DNA of 64,000 nucleotides from Paraspadella gotoi (lineage: Eukaryota > Animalia > Chaetognatha), in the NCBI GenBank assembly GCA_051294375.1, contig CM119264.1:30166529-30230528 (forward strand). Direction: 5' to 3'. Shown here one piece after another: positions 39,465 to 53,688 of the stretch. The position numbers and the translations under genes were made by a program. Position 1 is the stretch's first letter. Each line of letters opens with the position of its first letter. The notes beneath the pieces are model-generated. The model made no database searches and was not told the DNA's origin. It saw only the letters and a list, made by a program, of their open reading frames with translations.

Positions 39465-40070
39465 AATGGGAGGAAAGGGGAGGAAAGGGGAGGAAAGGGA
39501 GGAAAGGGGAGGAAAGGGAGGAAGGAGGAAGGCAAGAAAGTGAGGAAAGGGAGAAGTGAGGAAAGGGAGAAAGGAGGAGAGGGAGGTAAGGAGGATGGGA
39601 GGAAAGGGGGAAAGGGAGGAATGGAGGAAAGAGAGGAGAGGGAGGAAAGGGAGGATGGGAGGAAAGAGAGGAAAGAGAGGAAGGCAAGAAAGTGAGGGAA
39701 AGGAGGAAGTGAGGAAAGGGAGGAAAGAGAGAAAAAGAGAGGAGAGGGAGGTAAGGGAGGATGGGAGGAAAGGGAGGAAAGGGAGGTATAGGGAGGAAAA
39801 GGAGGGAAAGGGAGGAAAAGGGAGGAAAGGAGGAAATGAAAGGATGGGAGGAAAGGGAGAAAGGGAGGAATGAGAGGAGGAAAGGGAGGGAAAGGGAGAA
39901 AGGGAGGTAAGGGAGAATGGGAGGAAAAGAAGGAAAAGTAGAAGAGAGGAAAGGAGGAAAATAGGGAGACAGGAAAGGAGGAAAGGGAAGAAGAAGGAAA
40001 GTAGAGAGAAAAAATGAGAAAAGGGTAAAAAGTAGAAATGAAATAAAAGAGGAGGAAGGAAATGAAAAAA
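39465..40070. repeat. Purine-rich low-complexity repeat (GGAGGAAAG)
   Basis: Directly visible; the minus-strand 313-aa and 266-aa ORFs are its translation. Confidence 0.9.
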
Positions 40071-40477
40071 AAACGAAACGCCGCATGGAAAGAAAAGCAA
40101 AAAAAGGGGAAGATATAGAAAGCAAAATGACAACTGCAATGACTGAAAATTATAATCTTTAAATTAATTTAATAAAAATATATTTTGTTCTTAAAAAGAA
40201 TTAAAACTGAAATTTTTATTTTTTTTATTATTAAAAAAAATCTTTTTACTATAAAAGTATTTTTTAAAGTTTAATTATATTTTATGTCCAAAAAAAGGTT
40301 TTCCAATATTATAGTATCAAATGCAACGACAAACCAAAAAACTACCTTATCGCGATGCATCGCTGCATCACATAAGTGGAAGAAGAAGGAAAAATAAGAG
40401 AAGCTTCAAAGTTGGCGAAAAGAGAAGAGATTTATCCTTTGAAAAATCCCAAGAGTCTTCAGAAATTCTCAACGGTA

Positions 40478-40765
40478 ATCTTTCGATGTGTCTCTAATGG
40501 CAATCTTTCTCGAATGTCTCTGATGGCAATCTTTTCCACGTGTCTCTAATGGCCATCTTTCTCGAATGTCTCTGGTGGCAATATTTTCCACGTGTCTCTA
40601 ATGGCAATCTTTCTGGAATGTCTCTGATGGCAATATTTTCCACGTGTCTCTAATGGCAATCTTTCTGGAATGTCTCTGATGGCAATCTTTTCCAAGTGTC
40701 TCTAATGGCAATCGTTCTGGAATGTCTTTGGTGGCAATTCCTTCACCATTGTCTCCAATGGCGAT
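40478..40765. repeat. 52-bp minisatellite made of two diverged 26-bp subunits (TGTCTCTAATGGCAATC core)
   Basis: CCACG anchors at 40536, 40588 and 40640 give a 52-bp period. Confidence 0.9.
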
Positions 40766-41444
40766 AATATCAATATCTTTGATAAAATTTTTTCTGCAAT
40801 ATCTCTGATGACTGTGGTGTTTCTGATTGTCATTTTATCCTCGTCTTTCTTAAAATTCCCTCAGCGTCTGTCATAGTAATTTCCTCTAATTCTTTCGGTA
40901 GCCAATGAATCATCTATTGTTGCTTATTTCTTTGATGAATATAATTTCCCATCATTAATACAATTTGGTTTCGTCACAAACATTCGAATCGTAATCCGGT
41001 CACATTCTCACCCCGAACCTCGTACCCGAGACTTTCATCCACGACCCGACGACCGAAACCACGATGCCACCAAATTTGACTCTTCCTCGTTTCTCCCGAT
41101 TCCATCTCCGCAACATATGGTCTCCGTTGCTCGAAAAAAAAAAGGCGAAAATGGGAAAGTCAATCTGGAAAGTGACAAATCCACTTTCGCTTTACGGAGA
41201 AAAAAAAGGTTTTTAAGCGGAAAAACCTGAGAGATATTTTTTTTGCTTTTTTGCCGGTTGGAATAAAAAAAGAAAAAAGGCCAGAGGCTACAACTAAATT
41301 CTTAATTAGAATGGTGAAAGTTTTAAATAGATGGGAATATATAGTAGTATTACGTGGAGTATCTCGAATGTTTTTTTTTCGCTCCGACGGAGCGGAAGAG
41401 CGAATCGAGCGAGAGAGAGAGAGAAGAGAAAGAGAGAGAGCAGA

Positions 41445-41487
<43 letters not shown>

Positions 41488-41689
41488 AGAAGAGAGTTAT
41501 GTAAGCGAGGGCTAAGGAAAACGAGAGAGAGTGAAAAAATTCATTATTTGAAATTCATCTTCTTCGCCAAGTTTTTTTTTGCGTGCGAGATGTAGGGGGG
41601 ACCCAGGGGGGTGGGGGGTTCGGGGGGAGATAAGAGGTGGAGGGTGGAAACTGCAGGGGGGAAGCCATGGGAAGTGGTTGATAAGCTAG

Positions 41690-41845
41690 GTGTTTGGATA
41701 CAGGGTGGTTGGATAGAAGGTGGTTGGATAGTGGCGTGGTCTAGTGGTTGGATAGAAGGTGGTTGGATAGTGAGGTGGCTAGTGGTTGGATAGAATGTGG
41801 TTGGATAGGTGGCGTGGTCTATGGTTGGATAGAAGATGGGTTGAA
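41690..41845. repeat. Short tandem repeat (GGTGGTTGGATAG)
   Basis: About 8 copies of TGGTTGGATAG. Confidence 0.8.
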
Positions 41846-41931
41846 AGAGGGTTAATCGATGTGAAAAGGCCAATAATGGAAACTTCATCTCTATCGTCGC
41901 CTAAAAAGAAAAAGATGGATAAACACCTGAG

Positions 41932-42491
41932 TTTTGGGTTAGTTTAGAGCATTCCTGGAATTTTCATAGATTAAATAATCAAGGAACCTTGGATTAAGCA
42001 GACAATCTTTTTATTTGAGTACCTTTATTGACAGTGAGGGCAGTGGATATAAAAAACTTTGGTAGCAACATTTGGTCAGCTTAAAGCTTAAAAGGAATAA
42101 GAAAATTATTACTTTATTAAATAAAAAATCACAAATAATCAAACAGTGTTTTACCTCTATGGTCCTTGAACGCCCTAGAATACTACAAAAAAAATGTCCC
42201 TTTTATATTAGTAAAGAACCAATCAGAAACTAGAGGTAGCTATCAAATTTAAAATTAACTATAGGGACTAAGAATTGATGTGCTAAGCATCAATCTTTGT
42301 GCACTAGGACCCAATTATTATTAGCCTATTTTCTTATAACCATTAAGATAGTTGTTCTAAGTATAGTAGACAAGCAGGCATGACGCGTTGCTATGGAACG
42401 GGAATTTTTAGTAACCAGAATAGGACAATCATCATACTGGTCTTGATTGAGAGGGCAAAATGAATGTTATTTAAAAATTCAATTTACTACA
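41932..42491 (-). repeat. 3' LTR of the BEL/Pao element
   Basis: Aligns with 49744-50298; begins TGTAGTAAA on the minus strand, directly after the PPT. Confidence 0.88.
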
Positions 42492-42749
42492 TAATCGCCC
42501 CTCAGGTTGCATAACATGCAACTCCAATTCGTAATATTTAATGAAATTTTTAAAAAATTATTCACAAAAATTTACGACTAAATCGGTTTAATAAAAACAA
42601 AAGTGTATCGGGAAAATTTCGTCTGCTCGGATAATTAATAAACAAGATAAAATTACGGAATAAAATTCTGTTTATAAAATCGACAGTTAAATTCAACTAA
42701 AGAACATGTCAACGGATAAATTCTAAATAAAAAAGTGAACTTTACAAAT

Positions 42750-45700
42750 TAAAAGGATCAATTGCTCCACGTTTTTCTCAACATCGTTACTTTTATCAAT
42801 ATTTCTTCAAAATTGTCAATTTTATCGTCGAGATCGGGAGTTTCGACTTCAAGACGGACTACTTTTGTTCGTCACGATCAAAGAGTTTTCCGTTTCCGTG
42901 CGGACAGTGACACGGCGACATGAGTGCCGTCCTGAATGAGCCGCGGTGGATAATGCCTTAGAGACCACTTGTCTCTTGAGCAAGATCGCGACGAGGAAGG
43001 ACCCAGATCACCCACGGCGATTATTGGGCGAGAGGGAAGTCCATTTTTACGTTGTGGAGAGAGGAATATATTCGCCGGCGCCACTACGCCAGAATTCGTT
43101 TGCTAAAGTGTTGACTCTGGTCTCCATGCTGAGCAGAAAATTGTTGGCCAAGTATCATTTGAGGGAATGATATGTCAGTAGAATGAGCAGCGCCGGGAGC
43201 CCAGGGTTGAGGATCATCTCGGGGTAGTGGGCAAGGGTCACGGGAATCGCTTGGAGATACGAGTTAAGAGGGGCGGCGATGAATTGGATTCCTTCAGAAA
43301 TAGTTACCATTGTTTTCAAAGATTTTTCATTAGTAACTTCCCTTTTGTCTTAGGAGAACGTGAGATTTTTCTTTTACTGTCCGTACCCAGCGCTCCCAAA
43401 CTCCGCCCCAATGCGGCGCGCCAGGGAGGATTGAAGCGCCACTCGAGAACTTATGAACGTAACTCTCAGGTAAATCTTTGTTGTTGTTTTTGATAGCAGC
43501 TTTGATTTCTTTGTCTGATTCCTCGGAAATTTGTGCCGTTGTCCGCTTATATAAGATTCTGAGGACCTTGGACGCGAGCCTGAAATCTGAAGCTTTAGAG
43601 ATTCATAAAACAAGGAAGTGGATAAATCTCGTATGGTTTCTAAATGTTACAGCTCTCCATTCTTTAACATGGTAAAATAATGCTATCCAACGTTTGGCCA
43701 TAGGTATCTATTGAATTTTAACTTAAAAGGTCCACAAAGATCAACGCCCGGTAGCTTCAAATGGAAAAACCTGTGGTTCAATGCGGAATAGCCCCGGAAG
43801 GGGCGCCATCTTTTTGTTTCTCTGGCTGGGAATTGTTGACGTTGGCAGGAAACACATCGGCCGGCATGACCTTTTGTACGTATTTTGACCTTTTGATAAT
43901 CCAAAATCTTTGACGTAATTGAGCATTGAGTTTGATTGGGGCCAGCGTGAGCCTTCACTATATGAGTTAATAAAATAAGGAGAATTAATAGTCTTGATTT
44001 TGCAGGAGAATGCGGGATGGCCGATCTATATTTTTCGTTTTCTCGTGGCAGGCGACCACCAACCCTGAGACGCGTCGTCTAGTCAACAAATGGATCCAGG
44101 TTCTCTAAGAGGAGAACTTGTAGAACGTAATTCTTTTCTGATTGAAGATCACGCTTTTTTGGTATTTTTCAAATGATAATATTTCAATGACCAAATGATT
44201 TTCTTTTCTTGAATTAATTTAATTAAAGTCATTTCTTGCATTAAATATATTCTTGATGTTGAATTAAAGAAATATTTTGATTGGTCTTTATTTTGAAAAC
44301 CAAATTTATAAACTTTTGATAGATAGTAATTCGAAAAAATAAGCTTTTGCCAATCAGATAAAGTTAGGCAGCAATCTTTTGTAAGAATCTTTTTAGATGG
44401 TTCATTTATCTGTATGACATTTATCTCTGTCTGAATATTATGTTCCATGAAATCCCGTCACCGTCGGCCATTTTGACGAGTTCTCCCAAAGGGAATGCTC
44501 GGTCCCTGGTGAAAATATTTCCACGATGACGTGTCGTAAACCTCGTGAACAAAGGTCGGCCGCGGGATTTGAATCTGTCGGGTACGTATCGCCACTGAGA
44601 TGGTTCTGTAACCTCAGTGCTATCTTGGCCAATCTGTTTGCAAAAAGGCTTTAAAAACGAGTCACGTTTATTTCTTAATTTGTTTTAGAACACACATTGC
44701 ATCTGTCCAAAAATAAACTTATTCATTTCATGATCAATCTCTCGTTTTAAATAAATTTATAAATTTCAGTTGAGGTAAACTGCAGCAGTGTTAGTTCTAG
44801 TCGTGGAATGTTTCTTTAGACCAATACTGTTTTCTTCTATAGGAGCAACTCTAAGATTTTGCTAAATAAAAACGAAACCATGAAATTTGATCAATAAATC
44901 GTCAATTCTTAAATAGGCAATTGAGCCGTTAACCTGTTGAGATGCATTCGGAGAAAAATGTGAAGTGAAAACGACCTATACTTCTGTCAACTTAATGAGC
45001 TTGTCCAGCGAGGGATTGAGATGTCTTCAATTGCATGGAGAGTGACTTCCAATCTAGGAAAGGTGGAGCTTATCGTCAGGTTATGGTTTGTCCCAATCAA
45101 GCTGGAGACGCAATATCTCTGCAATGAATCTTTTAGCAATAAAAATGAAAGGAAGCAGCGAATCTAATGGATCAAAAATTGAAGAAGTTCAGTGATAAAT
45201 ACTTGTCTTCTTGTCTTTGTTTCTTTCCCCCTTTTTAAATTTCCGACAGAAAATTAAAAATTATCTGACCCAAAAAATCATAACCCGAGACTAGTGTTCT
45301 ATCTGTTAAAAGATACACCATTATCAGCAAAATTTTTCAGTTTCCTGTTGAAATTTCAGCTCGTGATCCGTCATGTGAGCAGGCAAGCTTCGGTTATTAG
45401 TTTTCCATTTGACAGTTGAAACACTTTAAGACAAAAGTCATCCATTTGGTCTGATAATCTTTTTGCTAAGGACAAGATTTTGAACTTTTTGCCATGTCAT
45501 CAACATAATAGTTCTTAATACAGTTTTATTGTTCTGGGTCCATATAAATGTTTATGTAATTTGAAGCATGATGCTGTAATGCGTGATTAGCTATCGCCAC
45601 CTGAGGGCCGCCCAAAAAAAGGTTTATGTTCTTTTAATTCATGCGCAATTCGTCCATGTTTCGTCCTTCCCAGAACCAGAAACGCTGGCTTCCCGTATCT

Positions 45701-48700
45701 CTAGGATCGATTGCCGACGTGATTGAAGAATTCCTTGATGTCAGCCATCGAGGACGATTGGATCTGTCTAAAACGTAAAAGACAACCTGCAAGATTGTTT
45801 GCTAGATCGGGACTTGGGAGGAAGTTTCAGACGTTAGTAACTATGCCATTAGACTCAGCTTTTTGCATCGTGGCAAAGCCTTACCTTTCCTGTTTTTCTG
45901 TTTAGTTACAAATATAACGGTAGGGTCCAATAGATCTACCTTCAATTCTTTTCTGGGCATTCATCTTACAATCGTAGCAGCCCGTCTTGAATTCCATTTG
46001 TCTACCTGAGCAAAGACTGTTTTCTTCATGCTTCAGGATCTTCGTAGTCTTGGACGGAGACGAACGCAATGCGAGCGGCCGGCCATTTCTGAGCTGAGGC
46101 GGATTGGAACTTTTTTGGCGCTGGGTTTCTCGATCTTGTCTCCATGGCAACTCGGACCTGCATACTTTCCCGTTTATAAATTTTGGTTGATTCAGTAAGA
46201 GATTTTAATACTTTTATCATCTCTAAGATAATCCATCCTTTTGCAAATGGGTCATCTTGGAAATCATGGCGAAAAAAATGCATGTACTTGCCTAGGAAAG
46301 TCGGCCATTATCTACCGCGATGCACCCAGTCACACTCAAGATGCTCCTTGATTGGCTCCCTGTGTCCCGATGACCAGCCAATGGCCCAACCCCATTAGTA
46401 TTGAGGCAATTGGGAGGATCCTCTTACCACCGCGGTCTAATTTTCGTCTGTTAAAATGGCATAAAAGAAGAAATGTGGTCAGTGCCAATAAATTAAATCT
46501 ATCATCATCAGTATTTTCGAACTCTCCCGATTTGAATGCCTCCAGATGTTCAAAGGTGTTCTACAACGCATTGAGTCGGTAACATCAGAGTTACCATTTG
46601 AGAGACGCTTGGCGACGATGGACATCGTGAGCTTTTTCTTCGTAACCATCCTTCAAGTGGAGGAGGTGATTGTGGAAGCTTGTCGTCGATCTGTCTTTCA
46701 TCTGACTGAATCTAGTGTGAAACTTGCAAGTTTCATTATTAATTGGGGGATTTTAAATATCTACCACTTTTTTGAACAACAAGTCCTGTTGGCTACCAGT
46801 ATCACAGTACGCGCGTAAATAATTTTGCGTTCTTCATAGACTACTCTCCACCGCTACAATTGCCGAAACTAATTTGGGTTGACGATTTTCCGTTGCACTT
46901 TGGTCCGTCACTGGCGTGGAGAGGAAAGGGCTTGTCGAACTGATGGGAGAGTGGTCGTCGTTGTTTTTTTACAGTGGTTGAGATGGCTTGAGCTGGAAAA
47001 TCTCTATGTAAAAGAGCTTGGTGACGTCTTTATTTCTTACACTTCTCACACATAAATTGAACGACAGTTTTGTTGAAGTATGACCCATTTACCAAAACAT
47101 CCTAAAGCCATTAATTTATTGGCTTTTAAATAAATTCGATTTCTTTTCATAAAATAATTCTCTATAAATTGTTTACATGTTACTTATGTGATGATTTTCG
47201 TTGCACAATTTTGCATTTCTTAAAATATTCACCACCTTGTTTGTTGAAACCAGACTTATCTGTACGAAGTGGACGAAGGAGCTTGAATCGAATTTCCTGA
47301 CACCGCCGTGGCCCGACACCTTTGCGACGTCGTTTTCTCGTCTTTCTTGGAGGTGGTCTATGACTTTTGAAAAGTGGAGAATCCAAACTTTTCACATGAC
47401 GATCTAAAAAGTCTATAAAATTTTTTAAAACCAAAAACGCATCTCACGTTTCAATTGAATATTTTATATGCATAGTTCATCCAGTTATTTCTAATGTGTG
47501 GATTCGCTCTTTTCTATAACTCGTTTAACTGCTTCCATAGAACGAAAAAATACCGCCAGCGTCGTGGCTTCAAACTCATGGCTTATTCGTTCCGCTTCAC
47601 GTAAGTCGAAAATGAGCTCTCTCGTCTTTTTTGCATCAACAATATCGATTTTACCTTTTTTCCAGTAATCTCGCTCCAAAGTCAGAAGCTGGTTGCTGCG
47701 ATATCCCCAGTAATGACCGTAGACGTTCTTTTGCCAGACTGAGAAAGCTTCAGAACCATCAGTGACGTACTTGAATTCGCGGATAGCAATGAATGCTTCA
47801 TCTTTTGTCCAGTGGAAGGAGCTCGTAATACTTTAATCCTGTCAGAAACACCTGGAATACTTTTCGACATTCCAAAAATTTAGGGGCAAATTGGGATTTA
47901 AAGGGGAAAAATTTTTCCCCTTTCTTTAAAAAGGGTTAAAATGGGGGGTTTCCTTCAAACTTATTCTTTTTCATTAGGCGAATCCTGGCAGTGTCTGAGA
48001 TCCGTATAAAAGCGCAGAGATATCCATCTGTTGAAACCCAGACTGATTGGTTATTCGATGGTTTGCACCAGGCGGGGCTGATGAGCATTTGTTGGAATTG
48101 GCTGGTTAGTTCTTTTGGAGTTTGAGTCGACCTTGACTTGGTTGAAAGGATTCTGATACAGGATTTAATCTTTATTTGATCTATATTATTTAATTAAATA
48201 TTATCTGCGCTTGAACATTTTCCAATGTGATTGTGCCTAAGATAATACCTTTTGTTGACTTGACGCGTTACCAGGCATTTCATTTATTATTGAAACTTCT
48301 GTCTTCATCGGTCGGGGAATCCGCGGAGTTTTCTCAGCCATATTCTCTATCAATGTTCTCAATTTCTGCTTGCCATCAAAGCATCAAGCCTCTTCTGTTG
48401 AAATTTAATTTCATTTCTTCTATTTTTTCTTAAATTTGCTCATGTAAATTTTTTTAATTTTAAGTTCTTGTTTACACTTAGTATAATGGAATTCATACCC
48501 TTGCCTCTCCGTTCTCAATCCTGTCTTGAAGCTTAGTGATGCTTGATTTATCGGCGTCTCCCAAAGTTTGAATCATTGTCTTTGTTCGTTTCTCAGTGGG
48601 GAGCTGAAAAATTAAACTCTTTCGGGTACAGGAGTGGGGAGAAATGAATTTGAAACTTCAGGTACTCGTTTGTAATTCAGTACGAAATGTTAAAGCTTCA

Positions 48701-48970
48701 TTTCTAATTGTGTTAGCAATATTCACTGTAACTGTAGTTTTGTTGCCTCACTTCCAGGCTGGCATCTTGCGCAGTGAGTCGGAGGTTGATTAGCAGTTGA
48801 AATGGCAGAATTAGATTCCAAATAAGTTTTTGTGCTTCATTACGCCGTAATGGTGGAAAGAGATACTATCTCGTAATCTTGAAGTGCTTCCTTTAGTTTC
48901 ACTGTACAGGTTTTTGGCGCGTCTCTTGAAAGCCGTTGTCGGAATGTCGGCGGTTGCTGGTGCCATTTTT
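42750..48970 (-). pseudogene. BEL/Pao gag-pol polyprotein, interrupted by frameshifts and stops
   Basis: Domain order is gag (Cys/His remnants at ~47000-47180), RT, RNase H, integrase, spread over many short ORFs. The ends are approximate. Confidence 0.8.
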
Positions 48971-49743
48971 AGTACCTGCGGATAACAGCTGAGTTCAATT
49001 AGAATTGACGTTAAAAGTTATTTATTTTTGATACCACAGTACAAACGTTTCTGGTAGTGAGCAACCATCATTATTTTAATCCCCTGTAAATATTTCCAGC
49101 TGAAAGGTCAAGAACAGCAAAACTGCATTAACAATTCACTTTGATAAAAACTGATTAGAAAAACTTACGACCCAAAAATTTTTGCCGCAAGACAAATCTA
49201 CTTCAGACGGCGGATAAAATACAAGGTCTAGCGGCGCAATTTGTTGCCTGGAAAGCGTCGTGACTAGCTCGCGTCAAGGAACGAGGATCGATAAAATATA
49301 TTCAATCTGCGTTTTTTTGGTGGCAACTGGTTAAATCTTATTCACTTTGATAAGTTTTTATGCAACACAAGCTGGGAAGCACGGATCATCTGGTGACGTT
49401 TTCAAATATCTCACAAGGAGACAGTCCTTCTGGGATCGAATTCAAAAGGATCCTTCCACTCAGGAATTCCTGCGGATGCCCATTACGCCGAGGACCACGT
49501 CGACCCATTTGCACTGACTATTCTCCAAGATCGACCTGTCCAACTTCCATCAAGGCCGGAGCCCCCCGCCCACTGAAAAGTTTTTTTTCCTTTTTTTCTC
49601 TCTTTTTTTTGAGAATATGATTTGGGACGCAAGACATCTAAAATTTAAAAAATCAGAAACTTAGTTAATGAATCATTGTTTTGATTTTTCTTCGTCCTAT
49701 ACCGGGCTCTGAAATGTGTTTAGCTCAATAAGAGCTTTAAGAG

Positions 49744-50298
49744 TGTTTGCGGTTAGTAGAGCATTCCTTGAAATTTTCATAGATTAAATAATCAAGACCT
49801 TGGATTAAGCAGACATCTTTGTTATTGAGTACCTTTATGACAGTGCAGGCAGTTGGATATAAAAACTTTGGTAAGCAAAATGGTCAGCTTAAAGCTAAAA
49901 GAATAGAAAATTATACTTTATTTAAAAAAAATCACAAAATAATCAAACAGTGTTTTTACCGTCTTATGGTCCTGGAACGCCCTAGGAAATACTACAAAAA
50001 ATGTCCCCTTTTTATATTAGTAAAGAACCATATCAGAAACTAAGGTATGCTATCAAATTTAAAATTAACTAATCGGGATAGAATTGAGTCTATAGCATCA
50101 GATGCTTGTGCACCAGACCAATTATTATAGCTAATTATTTCTTATAACATTAGATAGTTGTTGCATAAAGTAAGTTAAAACAGGAGCAGCATGACGCGTT
50201 GCTATGCGGGAATTTTAAGTAACCAGAATAGACACATCATTCAACTCTGATTGAGCAGGCCAATAATGAATGTTATTTTTAAAAATGCATTGACTAAA
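49744..50298 (-). repeat. 5' LTR of the BEL/Pao element
   Basis: Aligns with 41932-42491. A degenerate PBS-like TTCAGAGCCCGG (compare tRNA-Tyr-type TTCGAGCCGG) lies at ~49702-49713. Confidence 0.88.
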
Positions 50299-50550
50299 CC
50301 TGAGTCTTTGGGAAAAGAAAACAGATTCACGATCGAAAAACGAACAGGAGGAGGAGGAGGAGGTGAAGAGGAAGAGTCACAAAAAAATGGCGCTGATCAG
50401 AATTTAAGCTCAACCATTGAGTTTGAACAATAACAAACAACTAAACCATACGCGATGGAAATACGAGAGAAACAAACGGATGGAATCGACGTATCTTTCG
50501 GCCATTACTGTCCAATCTCTAAGAACCTCTCTCTCTCTCTCTCTCTCTCG

Positions 50551-50582
<32 letters not shown>

Positions 50583-50868
50583 CTCTCACTCTTCTCTCTC
50601 TCTCTCTCATGCTCAATCGGAGACAGAATCGGCATGTCTTTGCGATTCTCCTCAGCGAAAACCAGCGACGGCGGGACGTCGTTTAGTATTAACGTCGTTG
50701 GCGGCGGCGAGCGGGCGGCGGCGAAGAAGGATCGATATTAGCGTATAAGGCGTCGTCGGTCGTCTGTCGTCGTTCGTCGTCGTCGTCGGTCAAACCCATT
50801 GAATATTTCGCGCAAGAAAAAGATTCTTGTAAAGCAATTCCTCTTTTCATCTCTCGTCTCTCTCTCTC

Positions 50869-50923
<55 letters not shown>

Positions 50924-50927
50924 GTCT

Positions 50928-50964
<37 letters not shown>

Positions 50965-51684
50965 TTTCTTATTCATCCCTTTTTATTTCTCATTTTTTCT
51001 TTCGCTGCCTTTAAATCTCATTTGTTCTTTCTGTCTCATTAGTTTCTCGATATTTTTTTTATTTTAAAATGTTTTTCTTTATTTTTAGTTTTTAAAAATT
51101 CCGATTTAAACTTTTTTTCATTTTCTCTCGAATTCAGATTTTCATTTCTCAAGATTCCACGGATTTTTCTCTCGATACAATTGCGTTCGTCGAGAAATTC
51201 TCGGAAGGCGATTTATGTCAAGAAACTTAAAGAAACGGAATCCTCGTTGTTGTTGTCGTCGTCATCGTCGTCGTCATCGTCGCCGTCGTCTTCATTATCG
51301 TCGTCTTTGTCTTTTCCCAACGATCACAACCACGAGTTCTCGGTTGTAAATCAAATTCGATGTCGTCATCTTCTCTTCGTCGTTTTTATCGTCGTCGTCA
51401 TCGTCGTCATTACAGTTTTATTAGTCATAAGCGTCTTCGTCGTCGTCATCGTCGTTTTTATCGTCGTCGTTGTCGTCGTCATCGTCGTTTTTACCGTCGT
51501 CGTCGTCGTCCTTTTATTTCATTCTTGAACCAAATCATCTGCTTTATTCGTTTCTGTCACAAAATAGCTTTATCATCATCATCATCATCATTAACAACTG
51601 TCTTTTTTATCATTATTATTCATCCTTATCATCAATTATCAACATCATTATCATCATCATCACAAATCTCATCACCATCATCAC

Positions 51685-51715
<31 letters not shown>

Positions 51716-52979
51716 TCGCCCAAAACGAGCGCCACTTCTGACTTTTGGTTTCGTCATTTGAATTCAACTCAACGAAGTCAAATCGGTTTCTTTCCATCAG
51801 TTTGTTTCTTTTCTTTTCTTTTCTCATCTTTTCTTTTCTTATTTTTTCTTTTCTTTTCTTACTTTTTTTCTTTTCTTTTCTTTTCTTTTCTTTTCTTTTC
51901 TTTTCTTTTCTTTTCTTTTCTTTTCTTTTCTTTTCTTCTTTTTTCTCTTCTTTTCTTTCCCTTTTCTTTCATTTTTCCCATTTCTTTCTTTTTATTTACT
52001 TTTTACTTTTTCTTTTCCTTTTTTAAACTTTTTTCTTTTTTCCCCTTTTTCCATTTTCCCTTTTCCCCTTTCTTTTCCTTTTCACTCTGTCCTTTCTTTT
52101 CACTTCTTTTCACATTTTTTTCACATTCCCATTTTTTCCTTTTTCCTCTTTTTTTTCGATTTCCTTCTTAAATATTTTCTTATTTATTTTTCTCCTTCGT
52201 GTCTTTTGTTTTTCGCGACTTTCTCGCGTCAAAGAGCGTCTCTCTCTCTCTCTCTNNNNNNNNNNNNNNNNNNNNNNNNNNNNNNNNNNNNNNNNNNNNN
52301 NNNNNNNNNNNNNNNNNNNNNNNNNNNNNNNNNNNNNNNNNNNNNNNNNNNNNNNNNNNNNNNNNNNNNNNNNNNNNNNNNNNNNNNNNNNNNNNNNNNN
52401 NNNNNNNNNNNNNNNNNNNNNNNNNNNNNNNNNNNNNNNNNNNNNNNNNNNNNNNNNNNNNNNNCAGAGGCGTCGGTGTCTTCGTCTAGACGATCGAGGA
52501 GTCGACGCCTTCTTTGCCTCTGGGAAGACTCCAAGCTTGAGAACGCCTCTTCCTCGTCTTCTTCCTTTTGCTTATCCTCGTCCTCTTCCTCTTCTTCTTC
52601 CTTTTCTTTCTCTTCTTCTTCCTCGTCATCTTCCTCGTCCTCTTCTTTCTTATCTTTTTCCACGTCGTCTTCCTCTTCATCACCCTATTCCTCGTCCAAT
52701 TCCTCTTCCACATCGTCTTCCTCTTCCCCTCCCTCGTCCTCTTCTTCTTCCTCTTTCTTATCTTTTTCCACGTAGTCTTCCTCTCCCTCGTCCTCTTCCT
52801 TGTCCCTTTCCTTATCCTTTTCCACGTCGTCTTCCTCTTCCTCTCACTATTCTTCTTCCTCGTCATCTTCTATTCTTTTTTTTTCAACTTCCTCCATTTT
52901 TTCTCTTTTTTCTTCTTTTTCTTTTAAATCTTTTTTTTCTTCCCTATATTTTCTTTTTTTATTTCCATTTCTTTCTCCC

Positions 52980-53197
52980 TTCTTTCCTTATTCTAATCTC
53001 TTCTCACCTTCTCTCTCCTCTTTTCTTTTTCTTCCTCCTTTCCTTATTCTAATCTCTTCTCACCTTCTCTCTCCTTTTTTCTTTTTCTTCCTCTTCCTTA
53101 TTCTAATCTCTTCTCACCTTCTCTCTCCTCTTTTCTTTTTCTTCCTCTTCATTATTTTAATCTCTTCTCACCTTCTCTCTCCTCTTTTCTTTTTCTT
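52980..53197. repeat. ~55-bp tandem repeat (CCTTATTCTAATCTCTTCTCACCTTCTCTCTCC...)
   Basis: Four copies running into an N gap. Confidence 0.8.
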
Positions 53198-53602
53198 NNN
53201 NNNNNNNNNNNNNNNNNNNNNNNNNNNNNNNNNNNNNNNNNNNNNNNNNNNNNNNNNNNNNNNNNNNNNNNNNNNNNNNNNNNNNNNNNNNNNNNNNNNN
53301 NNNNNNNNNNNNNNNNNNNNNNNNNNNNNNNNNNNNNNNNNNNNNNNNNNNNNNNNNNNNNNNNNNNNNNNNNNNNNNNNNNNNNNNNNNNNNNNNNNNN
53401 NNNNNNNNNNNNNNNNNNNNNNNNNNNNNNNNNNNNNNNNNNNNNNNNNNNNNNNNACCTTCTCTCTCCTCTTTTCTTTTTCTTCTCTTCTTATCTTTCA
53501 TTTCTTATCTTTCCATTTTCACTCGGAAAATCTGTAGCGATGCATTTCAACATGAAGAATTCATTTAAGTCTTCTTTCTTTCTTTACTTCTCTCTTTCCT
53601 TT

Positions 53603-53688
<86 letters not shown>

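Larger units (their letters stand above)
41932..50298 (-). mobile_element. Full-length BEL/Pao LTR retrotransposon (~8.4 kb), frameshifted gag-pol
   Basis: LTRs at ~41932-42491 and ~49744-50298; TSD CCTGAG (41926-41931 and 50299-50304); PPT GAGGGGCGATTA before the 3' LTR. Minus-strand motifs: RT ADIKEFF (~45740) and YYVDD (~45505); RNase H LHIF.DASQ (~44950), IPRLEL (~44800) and NPAADLCSRG (~44560); integrase HAG..CxxC, MAPLP, GVDLCGPF, DNGTNF and PHWGGVWER. Confidence 0.93.
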
